A stretch of 64,000 bases of DNA from an uncultured Chloroflexia bacterium (GTDB lineage Bacteria > Chloroflexota > Limnocylindria > Limnocylindrales > CSP1-4), in the NCBI GenBank assembly GCA_963828165.1, contig CAWHDR010000001.1, positions 288,001 through 352,000 on the forward strand. Direction: 5' to 3'. Under the pieces are notes generated by a model. The model was not told the origin of the DNA and searched no databases. It was given only the letters and a program-made list of their open reading frames with translations. Position numbers and translations under genes: made by a program. This document shows, piece by piece, positions 38,903-49,438 of the stretch (position 1 is the first letter of the stretch; each line of letters begins with the position of its first letter).

Positions 38903-40258
38903 ATGACCACCGACAAGGCCTTCAAGCGGGTCGTGCGTGCGCGCATGGCCAAGACCGGCGAGCGATACGCCGCCGCCCGACGCACGTTGGTCGAGGGCGC
39001 CACAGACGGACGACACGCGCAGGCGACGGCCGACGCCGCCACCGCATCTGGCTATCGGCTGCGCGGCGGCCTGCACCCGGAGACGGCCACGCTGGCCAAC
39101 GTCCTGGCGAATCAGGATGTCGTCTCGGGCGTGACCGGCGAGCCCTTGACCGAGGCCGCGATCCTCGGCATCGGCGGCGGCCTGGGCGCCGGCTACATCC
39201 TCTGGGAGTTCAAGAGCCACGGCGGGCCGATCCTCACCCTCGGATTCCGGAACCAGTGGCAATACCCGTCGATCCCCGGCTGGACGGGCAAGACGCTCGA
39301 CCGGCTCGGCATCGAGCCCGACCTGCACGAGACCGGCGGGACGAAGCGTGCTCGCGAGGCGCTCGATGCGCGCCTGCACGCCGGCGTCCCTGTCATCGCC
39401 TCTGTCGATCTCCAGTCGGTCGGGACCTGGGGCCAGCCCCCCGCGATGTCGGGGGTCTTCGGTCTCGTCGTCGTCGTCTTCGGACGTGACGCGGATGGCT
39501 CGTACCTCGTTGACGACCGTGGCCAGAGCCCGTTCCGGGTACCACCCGCGACGATGGCGGCAGCACGCGGGCGGATCGGCTCGTTCAAGCACCGGATCGT
39601 CGGGCTGCGAACGACGCCCGGACCGATCCCGGCCGAACGGCTTCGCGCAGCGCTGCGCGCGGGGCTCGAGGACCAGGTGGATCACCTGCGATCCCCATCC
39701 GACTCGTTCTCCCTTCCGGCCTGGCGCAAGTGGGCCCGGCTGATGACCGACGCTCGGAACGCGAAGGCGTGGCCGCGGGTCTTCGCCGACGGCCGGGGCC
39801 TGTTCGGCTCGCTGTCGGCCCTTCACGAGAGCGTTGACGGCGGAGTCGGGCCGTGGGGTGGGCACTTGCGAGAGCTGTATGCCGCATCGCTTGACGAGGC
39901 GGCCATCGCGCTCGACAACCCCGCGCTCGGCGACGCGGCGCGGGCATGGCGGGGCGTCGCCGACCAGTGGGAGGAGCTGGCCGACGCGGCGGTACCACCC
40001 GATCTCGATGGCGCTGCCGATGCGGTCGAGGCCGTAGAGGCGCTTCATGAGGCGGTCATGGCCGGCGAACCGGGTCGTTCGCGTGTGAGCGCCGCCGCGG
40101 AGACCGTGTCGGCGATCCGGGATCGCTACGCCGACGCCTTCCCCCTTCCACCGGACCGCGTCCCGGCGATCCTCGAGGATCTCGGCGAGCGGCTCGGCGC
40201 GATCTACGGGGCAGAGGTCGACGCGCTCGACACGACCGCTCGGGCCATCGGCAGGTAA
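38903..40258 (+). CDS. BtrH N-terminal/DUF4872-like protein with Arg-rich N-terminal extension
   Basis: LHPETATLANVL, LGIGGGLG, YLVDDRG; N-terminus KAFKRVVRARMAKTGERYAAARR; GGAG RBS. Confidence 0.78.
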   Translation: MTTDKAFKRVVRARMAKTGERYAAARRTLVEGATDGRHAQATADAATASGYRLRGGLHPETATLANVLANQDVVSGVTGEPLTEAAILGIGGGLGAGYILWEFKSHGGPILTLGFRNQWQYPSIPGWTGKTLDRLGIEPDLHETGGTKRAREALDARLHAGVPVIASVDLQSVGTWGQPPAMSGVFGLVVVVFGRDADGSYLVDDRGQSPFRVPPATMAAARGRIGSFKHRIVGLRTTPGPIPAERLRAALRAGLEDQVDHLRSPSDSFSLPAWRKWARLMTDARNAKAWPRVFADGRGLFGSLSALHESVDGGVGPWGGHLRELYAASLDEAAIALDNPALGDAARAWRGVADQWEELADAAVPPDLDGAADAVEAVEALHEAVMAGEPGRSRVSAAAETVSAIRDRYADAFPLPPDRVPAILEDLGERLGAIYGAEVDALDTTARAIGR

Positions 40259-40374
40259 AGGGCGCCTCCGCCGCGCGATCGGCATCGATGGGTAGACTCC
40301 CTGCATGACCCGGTCGCGCGGCGCAACCACGCACAACGCCCCCGACGTCGGCTAGTCCGGTCGAGCCGATCAGC

Positions 40375-41103
40375 GTGCCGGATCGCGACGCGACCCTGGA
40401 GGTCCTGCGCGATGGCGCCATCTCGATCGTCGGGCGCGTCATCGGCTCGAGCAACAACGCGCTCTTCGTGACGGTCGCCTGCCCGGAACCCGGGCCGCTC
40501 GAGCCGCTCGCCGCCATCTACAAGCCCACGGCGGGCGAGCGCCCGCTCGACGACTTTCCGGATGGGACCCTCACACGCCGAGAGGTCGCCGCGTGGCAGG
40601 TCTCGGAGTCGAGCGGCTGGGACATCGTCCCGCCGACGGTGCTGCGTGACGGGCCGTTCGGCGAGGGCATGGTCCAGGCGTACGTGGAGCCCGATCCCAC
40701 GGTCGACGTCGTGGAGCTGATCACGTCCGCGGACCCGCGCCTGCGGCGGATGGCCGTGCTCGATGCCGCGATCAACAATACCGATCGCAAGGGCGGTCAC
40801 ATCCTGCCGGTGGACGGCGGCCGGCACATCCACGGCGTGGATCACGGCGTGTGCTTCTCGCCCGTGCCGAAGCTGCGGACGGTGCTGTGGGCGTGGCGCG
40901 GCCAGGAACTGGCGCCCGATGAGATCGATGGTCTCCGGCGCGTCCGAGACGACCTCGATGGGCAGCTCGGGGTGACGCTACGAGCGTTGCTGGGACGGAC
41001 CGACCTACGGGCCACGGTCCGGCGCGTGGATTCGTTACTGAAGAGCGGGCGCTTTCCGCTCCCCTCGCCGACGTGGCCGGCGATCCCCTGGCCGCCGTTC
41101 TAG
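40375..41103 (+). CDS. SCO1664 family protein (PI3/4-kinase-like fold)
   Basis: GSSN, IYKP..GERPLDDFPDGTL, NNTDRKGGH, DHGVCF, IPWPPF; true start is probably ATG 40305 with a +1 error. Confidence 0.9.
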   Translation: MPDRDATLEVLRDGAISIVGRVIGSSNNALFVTVACPEPGPLEPLAAIYKPTAGERPLDDFPDGTLTRREVAAWQVSESSGWDIVPPTVLRDGPFGEGMVQAYVEPDPTVDVVELITSADPRLRRMAVLDAAINNTDRKGGHILPVDGGRHIHGVDHGVCFSPVPKLRTVLWAWRGQELAPDEIDGLRRVRDDLDGQLGVTLRALLGRTDLRATVRRVDSLLKSGRFPLPSPTWPAIPWPPF

Positions 41104-41117
41104 CACCGGACATACGT

Positions 41118-41145
41118 CGGCGGGGTCCGTTTCCGGACCCCGCCG
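41118..41145. terminator. Hairpin terminator between convergent genes
   Basis: Perfect 12-bp stem CGGCGGGGTCCG-tttc-CGGACCCCGCCG. Confidence 0.75.
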
Positions 41146-41162
41146 CTCGAGCTTCGTACGGG

Positions 41163-41642
41163 CTAGGCTCGCCCGAACGCCGCCTTGATGCCGGGCTGCA
41201 TCAGGTAGTACAGGATGATGGCCGAGATGGCGATGCCGATGATCTGGCCGGAGATGTCCCCGCCGCCGACGATCGTCAGGACCGCAAGCCCGAGGCTGAT
41301 CAGCTGCAGCACGACGCCGAGCATCCATGCCCACGGCTGCAGGGTCCAAGCGCCGTAGGCGAACGCCAGGTTGGCGATCCCTGAGACGAGCAGCAGGAGG
41401 CCGAAGATCGCCCCCATGCCGAAGAGGGCGGCCTGCCCGGTCGAGGCCGCGCCGATGCCACCGAGCCCCACCAGGCCGATGCCCGCGATGATGCTCAGGA
41501 CGCCGCCGATCGCGGAAAGGACCGCGAGGATCGTGATCCCCGTCGGGCGCGCCGCGCTGGATGTCGTCGCCGGTACCGGCGGCGGTGCCGATGGCGGTGC
41601 CGATGGCGGTGCCGGCGGCGGGGTGATGGTCGGTTCAGTCAT
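41163..41642 (-). CDS. Small 4-TM membrane protein with Pro-rich N-terminus
   Basis: RPTGITIL, PWAW, YYLMQP; GGGAGG RBS. Confidence 0.75.
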   Translation of the reverse strand: MTEPTITPPPAPPSAPPSAPPPVPATTSSAARPTGITILAVLSAIGGVLSIIAGIGLVGLGGIGAASTGQAALFGMGAIFGLLLLVSGIANLAFAYGAWTLQPWAWMLGVVLQLISLGLAVLTIVGGGDISGQIIGIAISAIILYYLMQPGIKAAFGRA

Positions 41643-41841
41643 CTGGTGCTGTGCCTCCCTCATACGTATCCGACCCGCATCCGAAACGAATGCGATGACG
41701 GCATCCTAGCCCCCCGGACCGGTGTGGCAAGGGCTATTTTCGCGGGCCGTTCGACCCGACGCACCACGAGACGCGGCTCAGGGACAGCCGGAGATCCGTC
41801 GGTGGAGGCCCAGTGCAGCGCGGGGCCTTACGATCGGGGCG

Positions 41842-43921
41842 ATGCTCACCATCGACGCGGAGGCGCTTCTGGCCGACCTGGATCCCGCCCAGCGCGAGGC
41901 GGTCACCACGGTCCGCGGACCGCTGTGCATCCTGGCCGGGGCCGGCACGGGCAAGACCCGCGTGATCACACGGCGGGTCGCGTTTGCCCTGGCGACCGAC
42001 GCCGTCCGGCCGTCCGACGTCCTGGTCGTGACGTTCACGGACAAGGCCGCGACGGAGATGCGCGACCGCCTGGCGGCGGCGGGGCGGCGAGGCGTCTCGG
42101 CGTTCACGTTCCATGCGGCGGCCCTGCGTCAACTGCGCCATTTCTGGCCGCGGATCCACGACCGCGACCTGCCGGGAGTCCTCTCCTCGAAGGCGTCGCT
42201 GCTCGTGCCGCTGGCGCGATCGTTGCCCGGCGGCTACCGATACCTGGCCGTACGGGACCTCGCAGGCGAGATCGAGTGGGCGAAGGCACGCCGCATCGCA
42301 CCCGCGGCCTACGCCGATGGCGTCGTCGCGCAGCGGCACGACGGCCCGCTGCCGCCGGACCTCATGGCTCGGTTCTACCGGGACTACGAGACCGCGCGCG
42401 ACCGGGCGGGACTCATCGATTTCGAGGACATGCTGGCGATGACCGTGGAGTTGATCGAAGGCGACGAGGCGGTCGCGGACGAGGTCCGCTCGCGCTACCG
42501 ATGGTTCTCGGTCGACGAGTACCAGGACACGAACCCGCTCCAGCAGGCGCTGCTCGACGCCTGGCTCGGGGGTCGCGATGACCTCGCCGTCGTCGGCGAC
42601 GAGGACCAGACGATCTACACGTTCACCGGCGCCACGAGCGACTACCTGACTGGGTTCTCCGGTCGATACCCGGATGCTGCGATCGTGCGGCTGGAAAGCA
42701 ATTTCCGTTCGACGCCACAGGTGCTGAGCCTCGCGAACCGCGTGCTGGCCGCCGGACGCGCGGCAAACGACGAGCGTGCTCCGGGGGCGGCGCCGCGACC
42801 GGAGAAGCGGCTCGTACCGACGCTCGATGGTGGGCCGGCTCCGCACATCGCTGGCTTCGACACGGACGAGGCGGAGGTCGTCGGGATCACGGCCGCCATC
42901 CGGGCGCTCACCCGGAACGGCATCACCCACGGCGACATGGCGATCCTCGTCCGCACGAACGCCCAGTTGCCGGCCCTGGAAGCCGGCCTCGGGGCTGCGG
43001 GCATCCCGTTCCACGTCCGGGGAGAACGGTTCTTCGCGCGTCCGGAGGTCCGCCGGGCATTGCGTGTGGCCGCGACCCTGGACCGGCCGGCGGAGGCTCG
43101 GCGCGTCGCGGAGTCGTCCGAGGCCATGACCGACGCGCTCCCCGCCAGGTTGGCCGAGGCGTTCGAGCACGAGCTCGGTGTCCGACGCGATGCCGTGCCG
43201 GATGGCGATGCCGCGCGCGAACGGCACGCGGCGGTCGTGACGCTCCTCGAGCTCGCGGAGGCGCTCGTGGCCGCGGATCCGGGCACGGACACGGCCGGCT
43301 TCCTCGCCGAGGTCGAGCGTCGAGCGGCGGCGGAGTCGGGTGGGGCGATCAACGGCGTCGAGCTGCTGACCTACCACCGCGCCAAGGGGCTGGAGTGGGA
43401 GGCCGTCTTCCTGCCCGCGCTCGAAGAGGGCACGCTTCCGATCCGCCAGGCGAGCGAGCCCGGGGAGCTCGCCGAGGAACGGCGACTGCTCTATGTCGGA
43501 ATCACGAGGGCGCGCCGGCACCTGTGGCTCTCGTGGGCGCGCCGCCGAACGGCCGCGACCGGACGCGAGGGTCGGCGCAGCCGGTCGCGCTTCCTCGACG
43601 GTCTCATCCCGCAACCGGCCCGGACGGTCAGGGTCGTGCCGTCCGAGACAGCGCCAGCGGGTCGCGGCAGGCGACCGCTCGCCGCTCTCCAACGCGCTTC
43701 GTGCCTGGCGCACCGAGCGCGCGCGTGCGGACGCGATCGCCCCCTTCATCGTGTTCCATGACAGCACGATCGAGGCGATCGCCGACCGCCGACCGGCCAC
43801 GATCCCGGAACTTCGACGCGTGCCGGGCGTCGGGCCGATGAAGCTCGATCGCTATGGAGAAGAGATCATCGCGATCGTCGCGCGCACGATCGATCCGACC
43901 CCGGACGATGGTCCCCATTGA
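41842..43921 (+). CDS. uvrD2: ATP-dependent DNA helicase UvrD2 with C-terminal HRDC (frameshift at about 43640-43670)
   Basis: AGAGTGKT, TFTDKAA, VDEYQD, GDEDQTIY, HRAKGLEW, YVGITRAR; the HRDC (ALRAWR...IVFHDST...GVGPMKLDRYG) lies in another frame. Confidence 0.88.
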
Positions 43922-43946
43922 CCGAACGCCCGTTCGAAGGTATCGT
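43918..43946 (+). promoter_or_regulatory. Sigma70-type promoter
   Basis: TTGACC-N17-TATCGT. Confidence 0.65.
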
Positions 43947-44136
43947 TCACAAGTCACCGATCCGCAGCGACGGCTCCGGTCGAGCGCCTCGAACAACGGA
44001 CGCTCCCGCCCGCAGCGCGAATCACGAGACCGTTCCGGCCCCCATCTCGGGCTGTCCAGAGCGAAACCAACCATCGGCCGCGGCCCAGGACCAAACCACC
44101 TGTGGCGCGCCAGAAAGCAATACGAGTATCCAAACC

Positions 44137-44334
44137 ATGATGTCCCGTTCCACCACCACGACCTTTGCCGGTCGTTCCAGCTCCATGCGCCGCATGCGCC
44201 GCCGCGCGACCGCCGCCAACACCGGCTCGCGCATCTTCTGCGGCACCAACGGCTGCCCCAGCTTCCTCGAGGTCGATCCGACCTCCGGCGTCGCAACCTG
44301 CGCGATCTGCGGCTTCACCCGCCGCACCCACTGA
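44137..44334 (+). CDS. Small Arg-rich Cys4 (zinc-ribbon-like) protein, 65 aa
   Basis: CGTNGC...CAIC, GC3-rich codon usage. Confidence 0.65.
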   Translation: MMSRSTTTTFAGRSSSMRRMRRRATAANTGSRIFCGTNGCPSFLEVDPTSGVATCAICGFTRRTH

Positions 44335-44400
44335 CCTAGCCGACGTCGCACCGGCCGGGATGGCCGACACGGCAGTCCGCCGAGGCGCCATCCTGCCGGG

Positions 44401-45765
44401 ATGACGTCCCTCCGCGCCCTCGATCGCGCGCGTCTCGCGAGCCACATGGCCGACGAGACCGCGCGCTTCGTCGCCGAACATCCGCGCTCTCGACAGCTGC
44501 ACGAGCGCGCCAAGGCGTCGCTCTTGGACGGCGTCCCGATGAACTGGATGGTCCGCTGGGCGGGCCCGTTCCCCCTGTTCGTCGAGGAAGCCTCCGGTGC
44601 CCGGTTCACCTGCGTCGACGGACACGAGTACGTGGATCTTTGCCTCGGCGACACCGGGGCCATGGCCGGCCATGGCCCCGGGCCGACCGTCGCCGCCGTC
44701 GAGCGCCAGCTCCGCCGCGGCATCACGCACATGCTCCCGACCGAGGACGCCATCTGGTCCGGCGAGGAGCTCCAGCGGCGGTTCGGCCTGCCGTCCTGGC
44801 AGTTCACGCTGTCGGCAACGGATGCGAACCGCTTCGCGATCCGCCTCGCGCGCCACATCACCGGCCGCAGCAAGGTGGTCGTCCACGACCAGTGCTACCA
44901 CGGTTCCGTCGACGAAACGTTCGCGGTCCTCGACGGGGATGGTCACGTGCGACCCAGGGAGGGCCTGATCGGGCCACCGGTCGACCTTGCCGAGACGACC
45001 CGGGTCGTGGGATTCAACGACGTCGACGGCCTTGCCCGTGCGCTCGCCGACCGAGACGTCGCCGCGGTCCTGATCGAGCCCGCCCTGACGAATATCGGCA
45101 TCGTCCTGCCCGAGCCCGGTTATCACGACGCGGTCCGTGACCTCACGCGACAGACCGACACGATCCTCATCATCGATGAGACCCACACCATCTGCGCCGG
45201 CCCGGCCGGCGCCACCGGAGCCTGGGGTCTCGAGCCCGACATGCTCGTGATCGGCAAGACGATCGGGGGCGGTATCCCGGCCGCGGCGTACGGCATGAGC
45301 CGCGACATCGCCGACCGGGTGAGCGCCTCGATCCCGGAGAAGGACGCCGACGTCGGCGGGATCGGCGGCACGCTGGCGGGCTACGCGCTATCTCTTGCCG
45401 CCGTGCGGGCGACCCTGGGCGAGGTCCTGACCGACGCAGCGTTCGAGCGGATGCTCCCACTCGGCGAGCGCTGGGCCGATGGCGTCGAGGGCGTGATCCG
45501 TGCGCACGGGGTGCCGTGGCACGTGACGCGACTCGGCGCCCGGGCGGAGTACCACTTCATGCCGGAGCCGCCGCGCACCGGCGCGGAGCAGGCCGCGAAT
45601 GCCGATCCCGAGCTCGAGCGCTTCCTGCACCTCTGGGCGATGAACCGTCGCGTCCTCATGACGCCGTTCCACAACATGGCCCTGATGTCGCCGGTCACGA
45701 TCGAGGCCGACGTCGATCGCCACACCGAGGTGTTCGAGGCCGCCGTCGTCGCGCTGTTCGACTGA
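44401..45765 (+). CDS. Class III PLP aminotransferase (GSA-aminomutase-like)
   Basis: DGHEYVD, YHG, IEPALTN, IIDETHT, GKTIGGG, GGT. Confidence 0.9.
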   Translation: MTSLRALDRARLASHMADETARFVAEHPRSRQLHERAKASLLDGVPMNWMVRWAGPFPLFVEEASGARFTCVDGHEYVDLCLGDTGAMAGHGPGPTVAAVERQLRRGITHMLPTEDAIWSGEELQRRFGLPSWQFTLSATDANRFAIRLARHITGRSKVVVHDQCYHGSVDETFAVLDGDGHVRPREGLIGPPVDLAETTRVVGFNDVDGLARALADRDVAAVLIEPALTNIGIVLPEPGYHDAVRDLTRQTDTILIIDETHTICAGPAGATGAWGLEPDMLVIGKTIGGGIPAAAYGMSRDIADRVSASIPEKDADVGGIGGTLAGYALSLAAVRATLGEVLTDAAFERMLPLGERWADGVEGVIRAHGVPWHVTRLGARAEYHFMPEPPRTGAEQAANADPELERFLHLWAMNRRVLMTPFHNMALMSPVTIEADVDRHTEVFEAAVVALFD

Positions 45766-45838
45766 CGCACGAGGCGCCCTGGCGCCGAGCCCACCCCGTG
45801 ACAGGCAAGCTGACGCTACCCGCGACTATCGTTGACGC

Positions 45839-48800
45839 GTGCAGCTGATCGATGGGCGACCCGTCTTCGCCGCGACGGACCTCGTCGCCTACCTGGCCTG
45901 CGAGCATCTCACCCAGCTCGAACGAGCCGCCCTGGCCGACCTCGTCAAGCGGCCGATGCGCGACGATCCCGAGCTCGACGTCATCCGCAAGCGTGGCTTC
46001 CAGCACGAGAAGCGCTACCTCGCCGAGCTGCAGGCGGCGGGACGCACGTCGGTCGAGATCCAACCGGACGGGTCGATCGAGGATCAGGGCGACCGATTGC
46101 GAGCCGCAGCGGCCGAAACCGTCGCCGCGATGGCCGCCGGTGCCGACGTCATCTACCAGGCGACGTTCTTCGATGGGGAGTGGCGCGGCCACGCCGACTT
46201 CCTGTTGCGGGTGGACGACCCTGATCGTCCGTCGGTCTGGGGCGCGTACCACTACGAGGTCGCCGACACGAAGCTCGCCCGGCACGTCAAGGCGAGCGCG
46301 GTCCTGCAGATCTGCTCGTACATCGACCAGCTGGAACGGATCCAGGGCGTCCGCCCGGAGTGGCTGCACGTCGCGCTCGGTGGCAGCGCCCGGGCCGTGG
46401 AGCGGCTGCGCGTCGACGACTACATGGCGTACTACCGGAGCGCCCGCGACCGATTCCTGGCCACGATGGCGGACGAGTGCGGGCCACGTATCCACCGGCC
46501 GAGACATATCCCGAGCCCGTCGAGCACTGCGACGTCTGCCGCTGGGCGGCCGAATGCGTCCAGCGCCGCCGGGACGACGACCACCTGAGCCTGGTCGCAG
46601 GCATCAGCGGACGCCAGCGTCGGGCGCTGCAGCATCGCGATGTCAGGACGCTGGAGGCGCTCGGCAAGCTGACCGTCCCGATGGAACCGCCGCTCGAGGG
46701 GACCAGCCTGGGTGCGTTGACGCGCGTCCGGGAGCAGGCCCGGATCCAGCTCGAGGGGCGCCGATCCGGCCCGCGCTACGAGCTGTTCGTTCCCGACGAT
46801 GGACTGCCCCTCGAGGTGGAGCGAGGGCTGGCGAGCCTGCCGGAGCCGTCGCGGGGCGACCTGTTCTTCGATATCGAGGGCGATCCGTACGCCTTCGACG
46901 ACGGGCTCGACTACCTGTTCGGCGTGCTCGATGTCGACGGAACGTTCGTGGCGATCTGGTCACGTGACGAGACCGGCGAGTTCACGCTCGATGCCGAGCG
47001 GCGGGCCTTCGAGGAACTGATGGACCTCTTCATGGCCCGTCTCGCAGCCCATCCGGACATGCACATCTACCACTACGCCCCGTACGAGCCGACCGCGCTG
47101 AAGCGGCTGATGGGCCGCTACGGAACGCGCGAGGAGGAGGTGGACCAGCTCCTGCGCAAGGGCGTCATGGTCGACCTGCTGCGGGCGGTCCGGCAGTCGT
47201 TGCGCGCCTCGGTCGAGAGCTACTCGATCAAGAAGATGGAGCAGTTCTACGGCTTCGAGCGCGAGATCGACCTGCGCGACGCCGGAAGCAGCATCGTCGC
47301 ATTCGAGCAATGGCTGGAACTCGGTGAAGGCGAGCGTCCCGAGTCGACCCATCTCGAGCGGATCGAGCGCTACAACCGCGACGACGTCGTGAGCAACGTC
47401 CGATTGCGCGACTGGCTGGAGGATCGTCGGGTCGAGCTGGCCGAGCGGACGGGACTCGATGTCCCAAGACCGGTCGAGCGCGAGGCCCAGGTCTCGGATG
47501 AGCTCTCCGCCACCGCGGCGCGCGTCGCCGCCCTCGTCGAGCGGCTCGCCGATCCGGCGGAGGTTCCGACCGATCCCATCGATCGATCCCCCGAACAGCA
47601 AGGACGTTGGTTGCTGGCCCAGATCCTCGGTTGGCACCGGCGCGAGGACAAGGCGATGTGGTGGGAGTTCCACCGGCTGCTCGATCTCATGCCGGAGCAG
47701 CTCGTGGACGAGGACGAACCCATCGGCCTGCTGAACCCGGTCGGCCCGGTCGACGAAGAGCGGAAGGGCAAGCAAACCTGGCGATACGCGTTCCCTGCCC
47801 AGGATTTCGACGTCTGGCGAGGAGAGGCCTTCGACCCGGACCGAAAGGCGGAGCGCCCCGGCGACAGTCCCTGGGATTGGGTGGCCGGAGAGGTCATGGC
47901 GATCGATGCGGCCGCTCTCACGGTGGATATCCGGCGGCAGGTGGAGGCGCCCCATGCGCGCGCCATCGTGCCGCTGCCCTGGTTCCGGGCGGCGGCCCAC
48001 CAGCAACGCCTCATCGAGATCGGCGAGTGGGTCGCAGACCACGGAATCGACGCCGCGGGGCCGCATCGTGCGGCGCGCGACCTCCTGTTGGGTCGACCCC
48101 CGCGGGCCGGGCAGGCGCCCGGAGCCGCGCTGGCCACGGACGACGAATCGGACCTCGCGGCGGCGCGGCGCCTCGTGACGCAGCTGGACCAGACGGTGCT
48201 GGCCATCCAGGGACCACCGGGCTCGGGCAAGACGTACAGCGGCGCCCGGATGATCTGCACGCTGCTCGCCGGCGGCAGGCGCGTCGGTATCACCGGCACG
48301 AGCCACAAGGTCATCTGCAACCTGCTCCGGGCGGTGCTTGCGGCGGCGGCGAAGGAGGGTGTCGATGTCCGGCCGGTCCAGCACGGGCCGGCGGATCAGG
48401 TGCTCGCGGACGAGCGGGTCGTGCGAGCCAAGAACGCGGACGACGTGCGCGCCCGATTGGACGATGGCCGCGCGAATCTCGCCGCCGGGACGTCATGGTT
48501 GTGGGCTTCCTCGAAATTGGTCGGCGGCGTCGACGTCCTGTTCGTGGACGAGGCCGGCCAGATCTCGCTGGCCAATGTCCTCGCGATGTCCCAGGCGCCT
48601 GACAGCGTCGTCCTCCTGGGCGATCCGCAACAGCTCGATCAGCCGCTCAAGGGTTCGCATCCACCCGGGGCGGATCGCTCGGCGCTCGGCCACGTCCTCG
48701 GCGATCACGCCACGATCCCCGGCGAGCGTGGGCTGTTCCTCGAAACCACGTGGCGCCTGCACCCGACCTTGTGCGCCTTCACGTCCGAGGCCTTCTATGA

Positions 48801-49413
48801 CGACCGCCTGGAATCGGAGCCGCACCTGCACATCCAGCGCCTTGATGCGACCGACTCCGCGCTCGACGGTGTCGGACCTCGAATGGTCGCTCATCCGACG
48901 ACGGGCGCCGACAACGAGTCGGCTGAGGAAGCCGAGGTCGTCGCCCGCCTGGCTCGCTCCCTGGTAGAGAACGGCGCCACGTGGGTGGACGAGCACGGCG
49001 TCGCGCGCCGCGTGGGCTGGGATGACGTGCTCATCGTCGCGCCGTACAACGCACAGGTCGGCGCCATCAAGCGGCGCCTGCCCAACGAAGCCCGGGTCGG
49101 GACGGTCGACAAGTTCCAGGGCCAGGAAGCGCCGATCAGCCTGTATTCCATGACGACGTCCAGCCCGGAGCTGGCGCCACGTGGGATGGACTTCCTCTAC
49201 AGCCGCAACCGGCTGAACGTGGCGACGTCGCGCGCCCGCTGCGTCGCCGTGGTCATCGCGTCGCCCGACCTGCTGCGCGTCCGGGCCCGAACGCCCGAGC
49301 AGATGCGTCTCGCGAATGCGTTCTGCCGGTTCGCGGAGCTCGCGTCCAGTCCGCCCGACGAGGCCCCTGCGCGGTCCTCGAACATGGAAGTCCTGACACT
49401 CGGCCTCGTCTGA
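45839..49413 (+). CDS. TM0106-family RecB-like nuclease fused to RNase H-like and SF1 helicase domains (frameshift near 46477)
   Basis: GHADFL/EVADTK nuclease, FFDIEGDP, YNRDD, QGPPGSGKT, VDEAGQ, GDPQQL, TVDKFQGQE, NVATSRA. Confidence 0.88.
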
Positions 49414-49438
49414 GTGACCGCCGGTATCATCGCGGACC

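Noticed and set aside
40305-40355. 16-codon uORF before SCO1664
   Set aside because: Removing one C from the CCC run fuses it in frame to SCO1664, so an error is more likely
44137-44334. WhiB7 orthologue
   Set aside because: Cys spacing differs; no G(V/I)WGG turn or AT-hook
46460-46500. Programmed frameshift between the TM0106 nuclease and helicase parts
   Set aside because: No slippery heptamer; one extra G restores DEVRATYP; other indels nearby point to sequencing error
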